64,000 bases of DNA from Setoptus koraiensis (lineage: Eukaryota; Animalia; Arthropoda). The notes beneath the pieces were generated by a model. The model had not been told where the DNA came from. It searched no databases and saw nothing but the letters and a program-made list of their open reading frames with translations. Positions 50,753-61,560 of this stretch are shown in pieces; the stretch's first letter is position 1, and the number at the start of each line of letters is the position of its first letter. Where the stretch lies: contig CM106586.1 in NCBI GenBank assembly GCA_048013815.1, positions 15,934,001 through 15,998,000 of the forward strand, read 5' to 3'. A program made the position numbers and the translations under genes.

Positions 50753-52039
50753 TCAGTAAACTTGCCAATCCATTAGGATTTGTTGTGATTTTGAATTATA
50801 ATGAACGTGCTGCATTTGAGTAGAAACTTGAGATGCGTCTGATTGTATCGGTTGTTGTTGCTGCTGCTGTGGTTGTTGTTGCTGAGACAAATGGTTGGAG
50901 TTTTGTTGGACTGACATCATGATAGGCTGCTGGTTTAGGCTTTTATTGTCACAGTTAGGGATAATTTGATGCTGATGAGATGCAGGCTGCTGTTGCTGTA
51001 AAGATCCGTTATATTTTTGTGGTTGGAACTGCTGTAAATGTTGTTGCTGCTGCTGCTGTTGTTGTTGTTGTTGCTGTAAGTGTTGATTATATATTATTTG
51101 TTGCTGATGTAGGTGCTGTTGTTGCTGCTGTGGATTCAATTGTGTCGTGGGCGGGGGTATTTGTCGAGGTGGCAACAGGGCCATCTGATGCTCCTGTAGT
51201 TGATTGTTTTGATGATTGGTAGCTACTTCGAGATCATTTTCGATTCGGTGTAATCTATTCTTGTGTCTACTCGATGGAGATTTTCTATTTTGGCACCTAT
51301 ACCGAGGAAAATGTGGCCCGCACAACGTATTACACCAATTTGCCCAGCAACCACGAGTGAAAGGATTTTGGCCATTTTGAAATTTTCCAGTCATTTGTTC
51401 ATTGGTGGTCCTTCCTTTCGATACTAACATTACATGGAATATTGTTAGACCATAAATGGGTAAACTGAGAACAAAGTCAACAACCAACAAGCACATTGTT
51501 ACAATAGTGTCTCTATCTCTGATTTTTTCTTTATGATTGACTACGTATATGATGCACCAAGCAAGAATTGTTCCGGCGTGTATGCACAAGAATAATAGGA
51601 AGAAGAAGAAATGACGATAGTTTCTATTTCCTATGCAATTATTAACCCATGGACAATGATGATCGAATGTATCTATACAACTGTCACAAACGCTACAGTG
51701 CGAACATCTAGGTGGCCTGTAAAATCGGCATGTTATACACCATTTCATCCTGACTGATACACCCTCAATACTAATTGTTTTATATAATGGAACCCTAACA
51801 TCATCATCGTCTTTGACCTCATCTGGACTAGATTTTGGAATGATGCCAGGGTCCATGAATTGTGCTAGGAAAAAATTTGAGAATACAAAAAATGTTATTA
51901 TTCCTTGTATTATGGCTATGGGAAAACGATAGTGTTCCTGCAAGTATTGGCATGGAAAGAAGAAGAAGGTAGCCGTGGCTAGTGCCAATATCAGCCAGGC
52001 TACTAGGGCAGGTATAAATTGAGTGTGGCATTTAGCCAT
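50753..52039 (-). CDS. ZDHHC8: DHHC palmitoyltransferase of the ZDHHC5/8 group with Q-rich tail
   Basis: MAKCHTQFIPA N-terminus, VRMKWCITCRFYRPPRCSHCSVC, FDHHCPWVNNCIG and GRTTNEQ; four TM segments. Confidence 0.88.
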   Translation of the reverse strand: MAKCHTQFIPALVAWLILALATATFFFFPCQYLQEHYRFPIAIIQGIITFFVFSNFFLAQFMDPGIIPKSSPDEVKDDDDVRVPLYKTISIEGVSVRMKWCITCRFYRPPRCSHCSVCDSCIDTFDHHCPWVNNCIGNRNYRHFFFFLLFLCIHAGTILAWCIIYVVNHKEKIRDRDTIVTMCLLVVDFVLSLPIYGLTIFHVMLVSKGRTTNEQMTGKFQNGQNPFTRGCWANWCNTLCGPHFPRYRCQNRKSPSSRHKNRLHRIENDLEVATNHQNNQLQEHQMALLPPRQIPPPTTQLNPQQQQQHLHQQQIIYNQHLQQQQQQQQQQQQHLQQFQPQKYNGSLQQQQPASHQHQIIPNCDNKSLNQQPIMMSVQQNSNHLSQQQQPQQQQQQPIQSDASQVSTQMQHVHYNSKSQQILMDWQVY

Positions 52040-52858
52040 ATCCTTAGGTTTGTTGTTTAAATGGCTATCTGATTAGTTGCTTGTTTATTGCTGTCTCTAC
52101 CATGATGACTGGTCGTTGTTTCAAAAATCTGATCTGGTGAAAATAGAGGCGGTGATATGTACTGTTGTTGTTGTTGCTGTATCTATCTAATAATGTACAA
52201 TGTGCGTTTCAAATGTGTTTTATCAATGCAAATGAGTTTATTCATCCAACAGTAATCACGTCCTATAAGTAATTGGTAATAATAATGATAATAGCATATA
52301 ATAGTTATATAATAACAGTTAATTGAATCTTCCTCCCGTTGCCATACCTCTATTTTTTGGTTACACTACAACACGTTCTCTAATTATTATTTTTGCTTCT
52401 TGTTTGCTCTTTTCTTGCCCATTTACTTTCATTTAGGCACTTACCATTTAGTTGGCTATAGTGGACTGTAGAAGGCGCTGTAACAACACACTGCAACACA
52501 GAACACTGCTAGAAATTGCACATAAACCATTTAAGAAGTGTCATCAGCTCCGGCCACTAGGGCGCCTGTAGGTGTGTAGTACGTGTGCGTGTTACCACAT
52601 TTTTCCACTTGTGTTCACCATGCCAGCTGACGCGAAGCGCATGTTTTGCCAGTCACACACATAGAGAGCATGCCAAGATTTTGTGGATACAAGTGCGACT
52701 GTATCAATCAATCATCATTAAGAATTATTTATTGATCAATAAGATACACCCTGCCATAAATATATCTATATTTGTGTCACAATGACCTTCTGAGCCCCTC
52801 ACTTACTACAGTAGAAAGTAATATTCGCTGCAACTCCCAGGAAATTTAAAAAATCAAG

Positions 52859-54694
52859 ATGCACAACATTGGCGAGGCCATTGTGACAAGGCCCAATCTC
52901 AGTTGGAAACAGTTGGAAATAGATGAAAAGATCAAAGAGATTGTGCTGAAGCAATTCAAATTTGACAAAATGACACCCGTGCAATCGGCAACCATTCCTC
53001 TCATGATGGCCAACAAAGACGTCATTGTTGAGGCTAAGACTGGTAGTGGTAAAACTCTTGCGTTTATTATTCCAATACTGCAAATGATCATGTCCCGTTG
53101 TAAACAAACGACAACTTTGACCACTCACGATGTGCTGGCCGTCATAGTTAGCCCGACTAGAGAGTTGGCCAGGCAGATATTCATTCAATTGAATGTGTTC
53201 ACCAAAAAACCATTGTTGAACAACGAACAACAACCTCACATAAAGACTCAACTTATTGTTGGTGGTTCGGATTCCGGCGTTGATATAAAGAAATATGACA
53301 GATTTGGGGCTAATATCATAGTGGCCACACCAGGCAGGCTGGCTGATCTGTTGGAGCGACCCGATAATCGCTTGGCCGAAAGTATAAGAAAACAACTTGT
53401 TATTTTTATCATGGACGAAGCCGATCAACTATTGACACTTGGCTTCGAGAAAGATCTCTCATCCATATTATCATACCTACCAAAACAAAGGCGGACAGGT
53501 CTTTTTTCTGCAACGCAAACCAAACAACTAGATCAACTCACACGCTCCGGTCTCAGGAATCCCATCAGAGTTAATATGAACAAAGAAGACAACATTAAGA
53601 AGGATGACACAAAAACAATGGTCTCTATGCCGGATAAGTTGGAGAATTTCTATCAAGTTTGCGATACATATGCTCAGAAACTAGTCTTTCTTTTGCAGAT
53701 GCTAGAAAAACAACCCAATTCCAAGATACTTGTATTTATGTCTACATGCGCTCAAGTCGACTATTTCGCCCAGAGTTTGACAGAATTCACGACAACTGTC
53801 AAGCCTGACCAGATCCTCAAGCTGCATAGAAAATTAAAGAACAAGAGGAAAGCTATATTTGATCAATTCAAAAAAAGAAAACATTGCATATTATTAGCCA
53901 CAGACTTATTGAGTCGAGGAATAGATGTACCAGATATTTCTTGGGTCATCCATCTTGATCTACCCGAAAGTCTTGAATCATATGTCCATAGGAGTGGTCG
54001 AAGTGGCCACAAAATTAACATAAGCGGCAATTCATTGCTGCTTCTGGAAAATCATGAGTTGGACTACATAGAAATGTGTAGAAGGAAAGATATAAAATTG
54101 AATAAGCTAAGCGGCAAGCTGACATTCGAAAGCCAATATAAATATACGCAAAATTTATTAGAAAACATGAAGGCTACTGCCAGAAAGGACGCAAAATATT
54201 ATGAATCAGGCATGCAAGCTTTTGTCTCTTACTTGAGATTTTACTCTACAAAATTGTGTCTTAGAAAATTGTTGTATCCCAAACTAGATATAGTGCAATT
54301 GGCCAAAAGTTTTGGTCTATTAAAAGTGCCTAAGATGCCTGAATTGAAGAACAGCTTGCGGCGTATCATGAACGATTTTCAAGCGGATGCAAACGATTTG
54401 AAAATATGTCATGAGCACACTAAATTATTACATCCCGATGGTATAACTAAGAAGAAAAAGCAGCAACATAATGACGCTTCAGACTTGGCCGATGAAGAAA
54501 AATTTGATTCTTGTAGAATTAAGAATGCGAGTAGCAAGGAAAGAGAAAAGTTGAAAAAGTTGAAAGGCAAACGACAAAAGAGAGCTGTCGACGAGTATGA
54601 ATTTGACGAGCTTAGTCGAGACAACAGAATGGTGAAGAAACTGAAGAAAGGAAAGATAAGTGACGCTGAATTTGATGCCTATTTCAATCTGTGA
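52859..54694 (+). CDS. DDX55: DEAD-box RNA helicase DDX55/Spb4, intronless
   Basis: Q motif MTPVQSATIP, AKTGSGKT, SPTRELA, ATPGRL, DEAD, RRTGLFSATQT, FGLLKVPKMPEL and a basic C-terminus. Confidence 0.93.
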   Translation: MHNIGEAIVTRPNLSWKQLEIDEKIKEIVLKQFKFDKMTPVQSATIPLMMANKDVIVEAKTGSGKTLAFIIPILQMIMSRCKQTTTLTTHDVLAVIVSPTRELARQIFIQLNVFTKKPLLNNEQQPHIKTQLIVGGSDSGVDIKKYDRFGANIIVATPGRLADLLERPDNRLAESIRKQLVIFIMDEADQLLTLGFEKDLSSILSYLPKQRRTGLFSATQTKQLDQLTRSGLRNPIRVNMNKEDNIKKDDTKTMVSMPDKLENFYQVCDTYAQKLVFLLQMLEKQPNSKILVFMSTCAQVDYFAQSLTEFTTTVKPDQILKLHRKLKNKRKAIFDQFKKRKHCILLATDLLSRGIDVPDISWVIHLDLPESLESYVHRSGRSGHKINISGNSLLLLENHELDYIEMCRRKDIKLNKLSGKLTFESQYKYTQNLLENMKATARKDAKYYESGMQAFVSYLRFYSTKLCLRKLLYPKLDIVQLAKSFGLLKVPKMPELKNSLRRIMNDFQADANDLKICHEHTKLLHPDGITKKKKQQHNDASDLADEEKFDSCRIKNASSKEREKLKKLKGKRQKRAVDEYEFDELSRDNRMVKKLKKGKISDAEFDAYFNL

Positions 54695-54819
54695 TTTGAG
54701 TAATAATAATTATGATGATAATAATGAGTAATCATTGTTTATTTTACAATATATTGATTAATTTGATGATGCAACAACAGAAATCAACTATATACAGATA
54801 TTCGTTTCGTCTCATTAAC

Positions 54820-55092
54820 TTACTTCTCTGCTTGATAGAAAAAACTCTTGATGTCGTCAATGTATCCATAGGCATCTAGCTTTTGTTCTAGTTTTTGTAT
54901 CTCTTCCAAAGTCAGCCTTAGAATTGACATTCTCGTGGTGCCTTGTTGAGCGTTAGAACAATGTTTCAGTAAGGAATAGCATCTTGCTACACTTTCGCGC
55001 CATCTTGCATCACTGATTCGATGTTTGTTTTTATTGTCCACGAGAAACTCGCACGAAGACGATTGCATCGAGACATCCTCTGACATTTCCAT
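54820..55092 (-). CDS. Small divergent bHLH protein (STRA8-like motifs), 90 aa; possible upstream exon 55412-55369
   Basis: Basic/helix-loop-helix pattern HRISDARWRESVARCYSLLKHC-loop-TRMSILRLTLEEIQKLEQKLD; AATAAA on the minus strand at 54743-54738. Optional exon GA|GTAGGT...CACAG|T (phase 2) would add 23 aa. Confidence 0.7.
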   Translation of the reverse strand: MEMSEDVSMQSSSCEFLVDNKNKHRISDARWRESVARCYSLLKHCSNAQQGTTRMSILRLTLEEIQKLEQKLDAYGYIDDIKSFFYQAEK

Positions 55093-55781
55093 TATTGTGC
55101 TTTTTGCGACCGTACTGTGATTGCTTGCTTGACTTTATTTGTTTAGAAACTTGTTCTAACGAGGTAACTTTGTGACAGTGAGCTCGATGAAAGAAACTGA
55201 TTATATCACTTTCGATTACTATGGTTCAGGTGAGTAAGTTGCCGGTGACAAGTTGTCGAAGTTTTTTGTGGAAGGCGAGCAGAAGACGAAGTTTTGTAAG
55301 CGAGACATAAGTTGCGACTGACAGCAAATCAAGAAACACAATCCGAGTTGATCGACTTTTTTACCTACTCATCTCCATCTTGTATTGGCGATGATGCTGC
55401 ATCGTCGTGCATACTAAAAAAGTCAATTGGGGCAAACGATAGTTTGCACCTAACAGTACAACTAACTACAGACGACGGGCTATCGTTTGTGCATATGGAT
55501 GGCGCAATTTTCTTATGCAATATGTAAAATTAAGCGCTAAAAAATGCGCTTGACTTACTTTGCGCGCGCCTGATTTTTTTTTCTTTTTTTTTTCATTTGC
55601 ATCTTGTTTTTTATTCGGATTGTATAATCCGGATAAATCAACACGAAAGAATCAGCGTACGTGAAGCGCATGCAAATGCAGTGTTAGCTCTGGCAACAGG
55701 TATTCAAGCGGTCGCAAGTCGACGCACATTCGCACTGTGAGCACAAATCATTTGATTTGTTCGCTCCCATCAAAGCACAGA

Positions 55782-55853
55782 AGCAGAGTGGCGCAGTGGA
55801 AGCGTGCTGGGCCCATAACCCAGAGGACCGTGGATCGAAACCACGCTCTGCTA
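55782..55853 (+). tRNA. tRNA-iMet: Initiator tRNA-Met (CAT)
   Basis: 72 nt AGCAGAGTGGCGCAGTGGAAGCGTGCTGGGCCCATAACCCAGAGGACCGTGGATCGAAACCACGCTCTGCTA, with A1:U72, GATCGAAA T-loop and GGG/CCC anticodon stem; T-run Pol III terminator follows. Confidence 0.98.
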
Positions 55854-55988
55854 CTTTTTGCTTTTTGCTAAATGCCATGTGCATCTTTAAAACACAACAT
55901 GTCCTATTATCTTCATTATCCTCATTGTGCCTTTATCTAGTTAATTGACGATTATTGTCCTCTGGATATCATTGTCTTTCGTGAAAAC

Positions 55989-56606
55989 ATGGCCAGCGGA
56001 ACCACTGTCAAAACATTTGCCTCCTTATTGCGTTCGTCACAATTTATCAAGAGGGGAGACTTCAGAAATTCTATTGTCAATGGGACCATATTTCATATTG
56101 TTAACGACGATCTCTATGTTGATATTGGCCTAAAATTTCATGCCGTAGTCAAAAAACCTCAACAAGACAACAGCCTGTATGTCAGAGGAGCAAACGTTAG
56201 AATGAAGCTTTTACGTTACGAAATAACAGATAGATTTCTAGGACAAGAGACTGACACATCCCTGTTGGAGGCTGACGCCGTTCTAATAGGCCTAAACTGG
56301 ACGCCGGTCGGCAGCAAGGTTTCTAAGGCACCCACGAGGGCAACGTCCACACAAACAGTCAAATGGAAGAATAAGCGAGCGCCAATCGAGCCCGAGCAAC
56401 CAAATAATACTGTGCAAAAGCAACCAAACAATACTATGCAAATGCAACCAACCAATACTATGCAAATACAACCAACCAATACTATGCAAATGCAACCAAA
56501 CAATACCATGCAAAAGCAGCCTGAACAGATAGAGAAAGAGGGAACTCCTCGTTCACAAAATATTGAAAAAACTGTAGATGAGACGGTAGAGAAGGAATCA
56601 AAATAA
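55989..56606 (+). CDS. MRPS28: Mitochondrial ribosomal protein S28 (bS1m)
   Basis: TFASLLRSS...GTIFHIVNDDLYVDIGLKFH...YVRGANVRMKL...RFLG..TDTSLLEADAVLIG; 5' end uncertain. Confidence 0.9.
   Translation: MASGTTVKTFASLLRSSQFIKRGDFRNSIVNGTIFHIVNDDLYVDIGLKFHAVVKKPQQDNSLYVRGANVRMKLLRYEITDRFLGQETDTSLLEADAVLIGLNWTPVGSKVSKAPTRATSTQTVKWKNKRAPIEPEQPNNTVQKQPNNTMQMQPTNTMQIQPTNTMQMQPNNTMQKQPEQIEKEGTPRSQNIEKTVDETVEKESK
56397..56516 (+). repeat. Coding 24-bp minisatellite x5 (QP[N/T]NT[M/V]Q[K/M/I]) in the MRPS28 tail
   Basis: Five in-frame CAACCAAxxAATACxxTGCAAAxx units. Confidence 0.9.
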
Positions 56607-56673
56607 TATAATTCATGTAGCTACTTGTTGTTAGAACATTATCATCGACGCATTACAAGCATGTTTTTGTTTA

Positions 56674-57765
56674 TTATTCCTCGGGGCGCATCTTCGAAAT
56701 GTATTTAGGATTGTTGGCTATCTCCAGGTCCATCTCTTTCAGCTTAGAACACAACGCTGTGCAATTTTCAATATCCTCTTCTAATTTTTTAAATATAATT
56801 GCATTGTCGAACTTTTCGGGATTATCATGAAAGACGACCATTCCGTCACGCTGATTGATGGTGGCAAATATTTCACCATCCTCAATCATTTGCAGTATGT
56901 AACTCTCTGCCTCTTTCTCGTTGCTTAGACCAACGTGCTGAGATACATCCTTTAGTGATAATGTCAGGAATGTCTTGGTGAGCCTCTGAATATTTCGTTT
57001 GTGTAAAGCAGCCAGACACTGTTTGATGAGGCCGACGTTATCGTCGCGCTCGTATGCCCTATTGTGCATTTGTACAATTCTCCTAACTTTCTCGTATTTT
57101 AGCGAGGGATACTCTGAGGCCAATTTAAGGTATGCCGGGCCCAATTGGCGTCTGTATCGAGAGACGCATTGTGACGTGTATTTGGGTAGCACAGTCTCTG
57201 GAAGCTTGCAATGGAGCAAAAGTGTCAATATAAGATGTTTCTTATAGGCCTCTACAACGATGCTACTAATGTGGGTTGCTGGTGTGGTTAAAACTGCCTC
57301 AAAGAAATATAAAGCTCTCTCAAAGTTTTTCACTGCGGCATATATCATGCCTCCATAATGATAGTATAATAAGAAATGTTCAACATCAAAGACGCCATTC
57401 TCCTTGTTAATATCCGTTATATCGACATCTAAAAAATCTAGCGCGGGCCTAAAGCATTTAGCATCTAAACAAAGCTGGCAGAGATGGGCATGAACGGAGG
57501 TCAATTGAGATGAGTGTGTTTGTATTTTTGTTATGGCTCGCGACAATAGATCGATGCCAAGTATGGTTTGTCTTCTTTGAATCAGGGTCTGCGACAATTT
57601 GTGGCACAACGAGGCAAACAGGCCAGCTTGCGATCTGACGTCCTCGCCGTTGCAACCAACTATAAACTCCTGAATGGTCTCAAAATTGGCTTGAGTGGAT
57701 GCTTCGGGATTTCCTAATTGTTCAATGAAATTGTTCACTATTGAGGCAAACGAGCCGTGGGCCAT
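56674..57765 (-). CDS. COPS3: COP9 signalosome subunit 3, intronless
   Basis: QLTSVHAHLCQLCLDAKCF, FLLYYHYGGMIY..KNFERALYFFE and PCI domain IQRLTKTFLTLSL...MIEDGEIFATINQRDGMVVF. Most plausible ATG is 57765 (the ORF track's TTG at 57888 is less likely). Confidence 0.92.
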   Translation of the reverse strand: MAHGSFASIVNNFIEQLGNPEASTQANFETIQEFIVGCNGEDVRSQAGLFASLCHKLSQTLIQRRQTILGIDLLSRAITKIQTHSSQLTSVHAHLCQLCLDAKCFRPALDFLDVDITDINKENGVFDVEHFLLYYHYGGMIYAAVKNFERALYFFEAVLTTPATHISSIVVEAYKKHLILTLLLHCKLPETVLPKYTSQCVSRYRRQLGPAYLKLASEYPSLKYEKVRRIVQMHNRAYERDDNVGLIKQCLAALHKRNIQRLTKTFLTLSLKDVSQHVGLSNEKEAESYILQMIEDGEIFATINQRDGMVVFHDNPEKFDNAIIFKKLEEDIENCTALCSKLKEMDLEIANNPKYISKMRPEE

Positions 57766-58172
57766 GTTCATTAGGAGCATAATATCACTGGCGATACGAT
57801 GATATAATAATAATAATTTTGCTAATAACGGCTCGATCGTAATCAGTATGTCGGTGCGTGTAAGTAGAGCGATGTGTGCGCCTATCAAATGCTATGTGAA
57901 TGGCCAAAACATCCACCCCAACAGCGAGTGCCTCTCCATTATCAGGCAACTCTGCTGCGCGCGCCAAATTCAAACGCTTTTTTTCTCGAAAAAAGTTTTC
58001 TACTTTCTGGCTCTTTTTTGCAAGGCATCACCACCAACTCTCTATACTCGATGGTAGGTCGATCCTTGTGGCTAGCGACGCCGGCTGAGGCGAACCCGGA
58101 CAACCGTTCGTCCATTCATCACAATGTTCTGGTTATTGTCTGGTTGTTCTGGGTCCGCGGCAAGAGATGGAC

Positions 58173-58177
<5 letters not shown>

Positions 58178-58208
<31 letters not shown>
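58178..58208. repeat. (GA)n microsatellite
   Basis: About 15 GA units. Confidence 0.95.
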
Positions 58209-58211
<3 letters not shown>

Positions 58212-60410
58212 GCGAGATCGGGTCACGCTGTCAGCTTTAATAAGTAATTGTATTGCTCGAGACTGTTGTTTGTTTGTTGTAAAACTGTATTTATTTATTG
58301 TTTAACACATGCTCAACACTGGCCATAGATCCAGGCGCGGCTAACAAATTTATTACTCTATGCCTAGACGGGCAGTAACGAGAGCAGAGTGGCCGTTGTT
58401 GCGGTCTGTTGATTGGATTGGCTGGCCAACAGGGCAGTCAAATTGGCGATTTGTCTTTCCAAATTACCTAGTCGGGCGGCGCAAATCAAATCTATGAAAA
58501 ATATGCTCTCAACCGTGTTGGTGCCCATTATGATGAGGTTGATCGACACAGCAATCAATGCTATCCAGATATGATTTTTTCTCACTGTGGCATGCATGAT
58601 GATTCTTCATTTAAGTGGATCGTAATTGCTACTGTATCCTTCGTGTAATCGCTTGGCCAATTCGCTACGAGTGACAACTGAATCGAATTGAATTGAATTA
58701 TCACCCGAACGCGTCTATTTATACCGATGCCCATAATGACAAGCTCGAAACGACATTGTAGGAAAGAATCGGGCAGTATATCTTGCAAGATCAAATCATG
58801 GTCATTGTAGTTGAGATATCGACCGTGACATTTATATCGCGATATATCGCCAACTGTCAGCCAGAGATGACATCTAGATGACAATCAAGGCAAAAGTTTG
58901 CGTAACCCAATTAAGAAATAAACCTCTAGAAGCCCAACGAACGGGCGCCAAGCGAATGGAGTCTCTAAAATGGTGATTGTGTCGTTGTATTGCGTGGGTA
59001 GTTTATTTACAGTATACATTTACAAAGATCGTTGTTGTTGTTGTGTTTTAAACTAAGTGTTTGTTCTGGAAGTGTAAATGAATTCAATAATATTAATAAT
59101 AATAGTATTCTTAGAATGTAGAATGTAGTGCTTGCTGGGGCCTCTCGAAAACCTTGCCTCCAATTCAACGTCCCTCGCATGTCACCAACTAAACGCTTTT
59201 GGCAAAATATTTCTGTTGAGTTTTTGTTCTTCTTTTATTATACAAACGTATGCTATCGTGATTGTTGGCCTAGATATTTGTTCTTGTTTTATTTGATTTT
59301 CTCTAGTTATGTAATCTATTTGAATAGATCTTTGGGGATCAATGTTGGAACAAAGCGGAAACTTGTGGTGAATATTTGTTTGTGTATAAATGTGTGTGTG
59401 TGTGTGTGTGTGTGGCTTATATTTACAATGAACTAATCAATAATCAATACACAAATCATGTTGCCCAGTTACTCGATAATACAGCAACAGGTCTTAGGGG
59501 CGCGGGGGACAATATTGTTTGTTTAGATGATTACAGGTAATTAGCGTTTGGTATTGATTGTTGCTAATGTGTTTGCTGTGATATTGTTGTTATGGCAACT
59601 CTTGTAGTGTGTGTGTGTGTTGGATGATAGGGTCTGTACAACATAGCCTCGTCCGCCAAGTCAACACCGACAGACTGTATGTGTGTTTATGTTGCGTAGA
59701 GATATATGCGTATATATAACGGTTTACACCGGTATAATTGGAGAGAGAGAGAGAGAGTTCAATAGATTAAATCATCGGGTTGCGCCAATACAATATAATG
59801 GCGCGTTAACTGCGATGATAAAATAAATGAACACTTGCTGCTACCACTGTCAAATCAAGTAACCATTGTAAATAGGTAATTACTGACAACTTTCGGGCGA
59901 TTGTCTTGTCGCCGGCCCGTCGCTCAATGGCTGGCTTGCGTCTCAAGCTGAGAGATGGTTAGTGTTGGCGAGATTTGCTTAATTTATTCGGACTTTTTCA
60001 TCCTATTGGACCGGTTTAAAGTCCGCACACTGGCTGTCAGTGCATGTGTAGTGTTAGCTAACCAATCAACGAGACTAGACGGTCACTAAAAATAGACTGA
60101 TCACGGATGACAGCAGGCAGGTGGTGGCTGTTGTTGTTTCGGGCTGGATGTGTCGACGACACCCACACTGACAATGTCGGTGTTGTTCAGATGGTCAGCG
60201 TTGCAAAGGTTGTTGTTATTTATCTTTTATTGTTGTAGTTGTAGTTGTTGTTGTTGATGTAGTTGTTGTTGTTGTTGTAGTTGTTGTTGTTCTTGTTGTT
60301 GGCGGCGGCGGCGGCAGCTATTAACTTGTGTGTTTCGTATCAATTCGTTCAATTCAATTCACTCGATATACAATCAAATTATCAACACCTCGTCGTTCAT
60401 CGCACACTGT

Positions 60411-61560
60411 TCACATATAGGTGGCCCCGTGATGATGGTGATGGCTGCCACTGTCCAATTCCTCTAATGAATCGTGCCGCTTTCTTGCGTAACTAATTGC
60501 CGACGAGGTCAGCAGCATGGTTATAATTTGATAGCTAAATATACCCGCAAATACGGCCAATATCAGATATCTGTTATCATGAAACCAATTTTGAATAGAC
60601 TCTCTACAGCTGCTTTGATTTAATATTCTTGCATCATTATTTTGTATTGAGGACAGGGGGTCCCTGTGATAACAAGAGGCATCGATTTCTGACGGCGCCA
60701 GCTCGCCCGGTCCGCTCAACGAACAACAAACCAATTGCTCCTGAATGAGCGACTTGGACTTTTGATTCATTTCCTTCCATGATTGATCTATTAATTCGCT
60801 AGAGTTTGATTTCAGTATGCTAATAGTGACAATGGCCCCTATTTCGGCCAGTATTATTAGGAAGCTCAAAACGAGAAACAATTTCAGCATGATCCTGTTC
60901 CTTTTGCTGGAGCCCATCCAGCCGAGGAGACCTGCGATGAATTGATTCGGTTGTATGTCGGTTAGAATCGCATAATTTCGCGCACAGCGAGCGCGCAAAT
61001 GAAACGACGGCGATAATATGATTAGTTTATTGGCAAACATTAGCGAGTTTTTCAAAATGTGTTTGCCGTAATTAAGATGCAGCCATCAATAACAAGTGTG
61101 TCTAAAGCGATTTGAGTTGGCAGCGGTCGGCGTGCCAACTCGAGTAGCCCCAAGGATATCGCAGTTTCGGCCATCGAGCCGGCCGGCCGCAACTGCGATA
61201 TCCAAGAATGAGAGCTGGCAAGAGCAACAGTTTGTTCGTTGGCTGATTTGATTGATTGATTGGCACTCACCGTTTAAAAATAGCAGACCGCCCATACCAA
61301 GGGCAAAGTATGTAACCGGCTTTTGATTGCGAGGAAAAGATTGAATTGCATTGATTAGCGGCCTTAATAGGCGTCAATTAGCCGGCCCTGGCTGGCGGCG
61401 GGCGAGCACCGCCGGCCAGCCGCTCGGATAATTAGATTTAATCTGGATCGCTGGCTGTCTTGTTGTCGGTACTTACCAGTTTTCCATCGAGCAATTGTTT
61501 GAAATGAGACGATGTGGCCACAACCCACAGACAGACGGCGATCACCACGCAGCCAATCAA
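60411..61560 (-). CDS. Tetraspanin, at least 3 coding exons; first exon uncertain (candidate 61957-61904)
   Basis: Exons 61560-61477 (LIGCVVIAVCLWVV...DGKL, AACAG|...|GTAAGT), 61319-61271 (PVTYFALGMGGLLFLN, AAAAG|...|GTGAGT) and 60931-60411 (LLGWMGSSKRNR-TM3-EC2 with CC and two more Cys-TM4). All phases are compatible and the 4-TM layout is recovered. Confidence 0.85.

Noticed and set aside
52799-53428. 209-aa antisense ORF and similar shadow ORFs within EPG5, RCL1, HAND, KIF3B and DDX55
   Set aside because: Opposite-strand or alternative-frame shadows of real CDSs, with no independent signals.
42512-57765. DCUN1D1 and COPS3 (neddylation and deneddylation) in one window as a functional cluster
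   Set aside because: They are about 13 kb apart with unrelated genes between; chance in a gene-dense genome.
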